The translations under genes and the position numbers were made by a program. The notes under the pieces are model-generated. The model saw only the letters and a program-made list of their open reading frames with translations, made no database searches and had not been told where the DNA came from. Shown piece after piece: positions 58,781 through 64,000 of a DNA stretch of 64,000 bases (position 1 is its first letter; each line of letters opens with the position of its first letter). This stretch comes from an uncultured Rhodopila sp. (GTDB lineage: Bacteria; Pseudomonadota; Alphaproteobacteria; Acetobacterales; Acetobacteraceae), in NCBI GenBank assembly GCA_903851415.1, contig CAINOE010000096.1, positions 22,502 through 86,501 of the forward strand, given 5' to 3'.

Positions 58781-58987
58781 GTTCACGTTCCTTCGGAAGT
58801 TCCGGCCAGGGCCGGACGGGTGGCGAAGGACGCTCCTCTCATTGTGCAGCGCAGCATAAAGGGGCGGCCGGAGCGATTTCAAGGCTGCGGGCCGCGCCGG
58901 GACATTTGCGGCCGCCCGGGCGCGGGCGCCCGGACAGACGGGACACCATTCCGATCACCGCGCATGGCCGTGCGGCGCGGCCCGGAA

Positions 58988-59395
58988 TCAACCGGCAGCC
59001 GCCGCCTGCTCCCGGAACGGGCTGAACGGATTGCTGCCGGCGGCCGGACGCGCCTTGCGGCCGATCTTCTCGCGGGCCGGCGATGCGACGAGGCGCGGCA
59101 ACGGACGCGCGCCTGCCGGGCGATTTGCCTTCTCCGGTTCCGGCGGCAGCCCCTCACGCTGCCGCCGATCGGCGATCCAGCGTTCGCCGCAACGCTTCAG
59201 GTCGTCCGGATGCATGTCGAGACAGTCGGCAACGACAAGGCGGGACTCCGCCCATTCCCCCCGACTAACGAAAAACGCCGCCGCCTGATTGAAAATGATC
59301 GAACCGATCGGCTCATTTTCCAGATCGGCCTTGGCCTGAAGCACGACCTGAGCCCACAGCAGGCGGTAGGATTGTTGCGTTTCCACGATAGGCAT
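58988..59395 (-). CDS. hypothetical protein
   Basis: GGAG RBS, 135 aa; LW..V..QA..D and FF motifs; no function recognised. Confidence 0.55.
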   Translation of the reverse strand: MPIVETQQSYRLLWAQVVLQAKADLENEPIGSIIFNQAAAFFVSRGEWAESRLVVADCLDMHPDDLKRCGERWIADRRQREGLPPEPEKANRPAGARPLPRLVASPAREKIGRKARPAAGSNPFSPFREQAAAAG

Positions 59396-59988
59396 ATCGG
59401 TCTCCGGTTATTTTGCTTGAAGGAGGCTCGAAAGCGTGCCGAATGTTACGTAGCAATACTCTGTAATGGTCTATCCGCCGATCGAGGCGGCGTTCGGGGC
59501 GAGCTGGGTTGCAACGAAACGGATTGGTCTGCTATCTGGGTTTGTTGCAACGGCCCGGGCGGTCCGGGCCGCCCGGGCCGGCGGCTTTATTAGACTGCCG
59601 TATTGGAAGCGATCGTCTTGCATCGGGACCACCAGATTCCAGCGTGAACCGCTCCGAGGCTATGAAACCGAGCCGCTCCGGCCGTTGCGTGGCCGATAGC
59701 GACAGGATGCTTCGGAGAGGAAACGTCGCGTTTGTATATCGGAGTTTTGCCTCACGGCAACGTCATTCTCACAAAAACGTGATCACATCTATTATGCGAT
59801 GTCGTAACAGATGATTATACGTAACGTCCTTGATCGGCTTCACGGCACCCCGCCGGGCGGGCTGAGGCGCGGCGCGCCCGCGGCCGGCGCCAGCCGCCGC
59901 CAGCCGCCGCCCCGGGGGGCGTGCACGCGGCAACACTGCTGACGAACCGCTGCGCCCGGCCTATCATGGCGGAAACGGAGACGAGTGA

Positions 59989-61836
59989 ATGCGCATGCGT
60001 TGGCGGTTTGTTTTGATTGCCTGGTTCCTGGCTGGCGCGGGGACGGTTCATGCCCAGGCCCCGGCGCCCGGCGAAGCGCCGCTGCGGACGCACGGCCTGT
60101 CGCTGCTCGGCGCCCCGTCGCTGCCGCCGGACTTCAAGGCGTTCCCGTTCGTCAACCCGGACGCGCCGAAAGGCGGGGAGGTCGTGCTCGGCGCCATCGG
60201 CACCTTCGACAGCTTCAACCCGTTCATCGTCCGTGGCACCCCGGCGGCCGACGTCCTGCGGGTCTGGGACACGCTGCTGAAGCCCAACGCGGATGAGGCC
60301 GAGACCGAATACGGCCTGCTGGCGAGCGTGATCGAGCTGCCGGCCGACCGGATGGGCGTCGCCTTCGAGTTGCGGCCGGAGGCCAGGTTCAATGACGGCA
60401 CGCCCGTCACCGCCGAGGATGTCGCCTGGACCTTCAACGCGCTGCGGGAGAAGGGGCGTCCGTTCTATCGGCAATACTATGCCGACATCGCCTCCGTTGC
60501 GGTCGAGAGTCCGCGCCGGGTGGTGTTCCGCTTCAGGTCCAGCACGAACCGCGAACTGCCGCTGATCATCGGCCAGATGCCGGTGCTGCCGAAACATTGG
60601 TGGGAGGGGCGCGACTTCGATCATCCGCTAACCGACCCGCCGATCGGCTCCGGCGCCTACCGGGTTGGCCGCTTCGAGTTCGGCCGCACCCTGTCGATGG
60701 AGCGGGTCCCGGATGGGTGGTCGAAAGACCTGCCGGTGATGCGGGGGCTGAATAACTTCGACACCCGCCGCACGGAGTATTTCCGCGACGGGACGGTGGC
60801 GCTGGAGGCGTTCAAGGCCGGACAGATCGACTTCCGCGAGGAGAACGTCGCCAAGGACTGGGCCACCGCCTACGATTTCCCCGCCGTTCAGAAGGGGCTG
60901 GTGAAAAAGGAACTGCTGACCCACCATTTGCCGACGGGGATGCAGGGCTTCGGCATGAATACCCGCCGGGCGATCTTCAAGGACGTCCGGGTGCGGCATG
61001 CCCTGGCCCTGGCGTTCGATTTCGAATGGGCCAACGCCAACCTGTTCTACGGCAACTACACCCGCACCAGCAGCTATTTCAGCAACAGCGAACTGGCCTC
61101 CAGCGGCGTCCCGGAGGGTGCCGAACTGGCGCTGCTGGACAAATACCGCAGCCAGTTGCCGCCCGATCTGTTCACCAGGCCGTTCCAGCTCCCGGTGACT
61201 GACGGCTCCGGCAACAACCGCGAGCAGATGCGCGCCGCCCTGGCGCTGCTGGAGGCGGCCGGCTGGAAAGTGCGCGACCGCAAGCTGGTGGACGCCGAGG
61301 GCAATCCGTTCAGCTTCGAAATCCTGCTGGATCAGCCCGCGTTCGAGCGCGTCGCGTTGCCCTATGTCCAGTGGCTGTCGCGCCTGGGAATCGAGGCCAG
61401 GGTGCGCACGGTCGATCCGGCGCAGTTCCAGCGCTCGATCGACAGCTATGACTACGACATGATCGTCATCACGCTGGCCGAATCCGAGAGTCCCGGCAAC
61501 GAACAGAGCGGCTACTGGACCTGCGACAGCGCCAAACAGGAAGGCGGCGACAACCTGATGGGAGTCTGCAGCCCGGTGATCGACGACCTCGTGCACCAGA
61601 TCCTGGTCTCGCCTGATCGCGCCGGCCAGGTGACCGCAACCCGGGCCCTCGACCGCGCCCTGCTGGCCGGCTGGTACGTCGTGCCGCAATGGCACCTGCA
61701 ATCCGTGCGCGTCGCCTACTGGGACATCTTCGGCCGCCCGGACAAACCGGTGCGCACCGGCCTCGCCTTCGACAGTTGGTGGATCGACCCGCAAAAAGCC
61801 GCCGCGATCGCCGCAGCCCGCCGGGCCGGGCCGTGA
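59989..61836 (+). CDS. yejA: ABC transporter substrate-binding protein, family 5 (YejA-like)
   Basis: [36 protein letters not shown]. Confidence 0.88.
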   Translation: MRMRWRFVLIAWFLAGAGTVHAQAPAPGEAPLRTHGLSLLGAPSLPPDFKAFPFVNPDAPKGGEVVLGAIGTFDSFNPFIVRGTPAADVLRVWDTLLKPNADEAETEYGLLASVIELPADRMGVAFELRPEARFNDGTPVTAEDVAWTFNALREKGRPFYRQYYADIASVAVESPRRVVFRFRSSTNRELPLIIGQMPVLPKHWWEGRDFDHPLTDPPIGSGAYRVGRFEFGRTLSMERVPDGWSKDLPVMRGLNNFDTRRTEYFRDGTVALEAFKAGQIDFREENVAKDWATAYDFPAVQKGLVKKELLTHHLPTGMQGFGMNTRRAIFKDVRVRHALALAFDFEWANANLFYGNYTRTSSYFSNSELASSGVPEGAELALLDKYRSQLPPDLFTRPFQLPVTDGSGNNREQMRAALALLEAAGWKVRDRKLVDAEGNPFSFEILLDQPAFERVALPYVQWLSRLGIEARVRTVDPAQFQRSIDSYDYDMIVITLAESESPGNEQSGYWTCDSAKQEGGDNLMGVCSPVIDDLVHQILVSPDRAGQVTATRALDRALLAGWYVVPQWHLQSVRVAYWDIFGRPDKPVRTGLAFDSWWIDPQKAAAIAAARRAGP

Positions 61837-61992
61837 GGCAAGCAAGCAAGATGGGGGCTCCGCCCCCTTGGTCCGCTTTGCGGCCCAAGCCCACCAAGGG
61901 CCGGCGGCCCTTGGAACCCATTCAATGGGATCAAAGGGGCCACTGCCCCTTTGCGGGTCCAGGGCTGAGCCCTGGCCTTACTTGCTTTGCCC
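61837..61992. repeat. multi-hairpin intergenic repeat with AAGCAAG / CTTGCTT ends
   Basis: Hairpins ccaagggccggcggcccttgg, caaaggggccactgcccctttg and ccagggctgagccctgg; terminal inverted repeat. Confidence 0.65.
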
Positions 61993-62005
61993 CGGGCCCG
62001 GCCTG

Positions 62006-63085
62006 ATGGCGGCGTATCTGCTGCGGCGGTTGCTGTTGGTGATTCCGACGTTGTTCGGGATCATTGCGATCAACTTTTTCGTCGTTCAGTTCGCGCCCGG
62101 GGGACCGGTGGAGCAGATGATCTCCGAGCTGAAGGGCCGCGGCGGTGACGTGACCGGGCGCATGAGCGGCAGCGGCGGGGCCGAGTCGATGCCCTCCGGT
62201 GACAGCAGTTATCGCGGCGCGCGCGGGTTGGACCCGCACGTGGTGGCCGATATCAGAAAGATGTTCGGCTTCGACAAGCCGGCGCCGGAGCGGTTTGTCC
62301 TGATGCTGCGCGACTATCTGAGCTTCGATTTCGGCCGCAGTTTCTTTCGCGACGAGCCGGTGCTGCACCTGATCCGGGAGAAGATGCCGGTCTCGGTCTC
62401 GCTCGGGCTGTGGTCCACGCTGCTGGTCTATTTCGTCTCGATCCCGCTGGGCATCGCCAAGGCGGTGCGCGACGGCAGCCGCTTCGACGTGGCGAGCAGT
62501 GCGGCGGTGCTCATCGGCTATGCGGTGCCGGGGTTTTTGTTCGCCATCCTGCTGGTGGTGCTGTTCGCCGGCGGCAGCTTCGTGCAGTGGTTCCCGTTGC
62601 GCGGGCTGCACAGCGCCGGCGCGGAAAACTGGAGCATTCCGGCGCGGATCCTGGATTATCTCTGGCACATGGTGCTGCCGACGGTGGCGCTGGTCGTCGG
62701 CGGGTTCGCCGGTCTGACGGTGCTGACGAAGAACTGCTTCCTGGAGGAGATCCGCAAGCAATACGTCGTCACCGCCCGCGCCAAGGGCGCCACCGAGCAG
62801 CGCATCCTGTACCGCCACGTGTTCCGCAATGCGATGCTGCTGATCGTCGCCGGGTTTCCCTCGGCGTTCATCGGCATCCTGTTTTCGTCCGCCTTGCTCG
62901 TGGAGATTATCTTTTCGTTGGACGGTCTCGGGCTGCTGGGGTTTGAATCCGCAATCCGGCGCGACTATCCGGTGATGTTCGGAACGCTGTATATGTTCAC
63001 GCTGCTCGGCCTGGTGATGCAGATTGTCGGGGACATGCTCTACACCGTGGTGGATCCGCGCATCGATTTCGAGGCCAGACAGTAG
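62006..63085 (+). CDS. yejB: ABC transporter permease (microcin C / peptide)
   Basis: [37 protein letters not shown]. Confidence 0.92.
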   Translation: MAAYLLRRLLLVIPTLFGIIAINFFVVQFAPGGPVEQMISELKGRGGDVTGRMSGSGGAESMPSGDSSYRGARGLDPHVVADIRKMFGFDKPAPERFVLMLRDYLSFDFGRSFFRDEPVLHLIREKMPVSVSLGLWSTLLVYFVSIPLGIAKAVRDGSRFDVASSAAVLIGYAVPGFLFAILLVVLFAGGSFVQWFPLRGLHSAGAENWSIPARILDYLWHMVLPTVALVVGGFAGLTVLTKNCFLEEIRKQYVVTARAKGATEQRILYRHVFRNAMLLIVAGFPSAFIGILFSSALLVEIIFSLDGLGLLGFESAIRRDYPVMFGTLYMFTLLGLVMQIVGDMLYTVVDPRIDFEARQ

Positions 63086-63086
63086 C

Positions 63087-64000
63087 ATGCATCTCTCGCC
63101 GCTGACCCGCCGCCGCCTGGCGATCTTCCGGGCGCATAAGCGGGGCTACTGGTCGCTGTGGATTTTTCTCGCCTTGTTTGGCGTGACCCTGTTCGCCGAG
63201 CTGCTGGCCAATGATCGCCCGCTGCTGATCCGCTACGACGGGCATTGGTATGTGCCGGTGTTGCAGGACTACAGCGAGGATACCTTCGGCTCCGACTTCC
63301 TGCCGACGGAGGCGGATTATACCGAGCCGGATGTGCAGGCGGCGATCGAGGCGAAGGGCTGGATGATCTGGCCGCCGATTCCCTTCAGCTACAACACGGT
63401 GGTGAAGGGGTTGAGGACGCCCGCGCCGTCGCCGCCGGACGGGCGGAACCTGCTCGGGACGGACGACCAGGCGCGCGACGTGCTGGCGCGGGTGATCTAC
63501 GGGTTCCGCATTTCCGTGCTGTTCGGATTTACGCTGACCACGATCTCGTCAGTGATCGGGATTGCCGCCGGCGCCATCCAGGGCTTTCGCGGCGGCCTGG
63601 TGGATCTGCTGTTCCAGCGATTCATCGAGATCTGGTCGGGGATGCCTCAGCTCTATCTGCTGATCATCCTCGGCAGCATCATCACGCCGAGCTTCGGGAT
63701 CCTGCTGGTGTTCCTGCTGCTGTTCAGTTGGATGAACCTGACCGGGGTGGTGCGGGCGGAATTCCTGCGCGGCCGCAACCTGGACTATGTGCGCGCGGCG
63801 AAGGCGCTGGGCGTCTCCGATCCGGCGGTGATGTGGCGGCACATCCTGCCCAACGCGATGGTCGCGACTTTGACGTTCCTGCCGTTTACGCTGTCCGGGT
63901 CGGTTACCATCCTCGCCAGCCTGGATTTCCTCGGCTTCGGCCTGCCGCCGGGATCGCCGTCGCTGGGCGAACTGGTGTCGGAGGGAAAGAACAATCTCCA
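63087..64000 (+). CDS. yejE: ABC transporter permease, truncated by the window end
   Basis: RGYWSLW, LGTDDQARDVLARVIYGFR, RAEFLR.R..DYVRAA.ALG, LDFLGFGLPPGSPSLGEL. Confidence 0.9.
   Translation, partial: MHLSPLTRRRLAIFRAHKRGYWSLWIFLALFGVTLFAELLANDRPLLIRYDGHWYVPVLQDYSEDTFGSDFLPTEADYTEPDVQAAIEAKGWMIWPPIPFSYNTVVKGLRTPAPSPPDGRNLLGTDDQARDVLARVIYGFRISVLFGFTLTTISSVIGIAAGAIQGFRGGLVDLLFQRFIEIWSGMPQLYLLIILGSIITPSFGILLVFLLLFSWMNLTGVVRAEFLRGRNLDYVRAAKALGVSDPAVMWRHILPNAMVATLTFLPFTLSGSVTILASLDFLGFGLPPGSPSLGELVSEGKNNL

Noticed and set aside
61868-62005. N-terminal extension of yejB in the ORF track
   Set aside because: It is read-through of the intergenic repeat; the conserved start is ATG 62006.

Overview
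High-GC alphaproteobacterial chromosomal window; gene content and repeat families suggest an Acetobacteraceae/Rhodospirillales-like organism (inference). The right half is mostly housekeeping: dksA, flgI-flgJ-flgN-like with a sigma54 promoter and ftr-like enhancer, an AsmA/YhdP-like gene, glnE-bcp, fliG-fliN-flbD-flhA, an aa3-type cytochrome c oxidase operon, tatA, rlmH and yejABE. The left half is accessory. It holds a four-gene cluster of secreted proteins built on a shared NxAxGxxSxAxQ repeat, a candidate new functional amyloid/fibre system with a structured RBS-sequestering leader. It also holds a complete glucose-type PTS with OprB, and a compact NRPS-like cluster (acyl-CoA dehydrogenase, Asn/Asp-type A-T, docking-domain thioesterase, YbaK, flippase). 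Other accessory loci are an ABC-type ATPase/DUF4276 pair, a methyltransferase/DMSP-lyase-like cupin pair, a GxxExxY nuclease-like gene beside a nested repeat structure, a cargo-less PEP-CTERM protein and a HEPN-type pair. A 78-bp REP-like palindrome recurs 8 times (6 full, 2 short), sometimes inside MITE-like shells and once apparently in frame in a small cox-operon gene. All calls come from motif recognition by eye, no searches were run, and several starts were adjusted from the ORF track.
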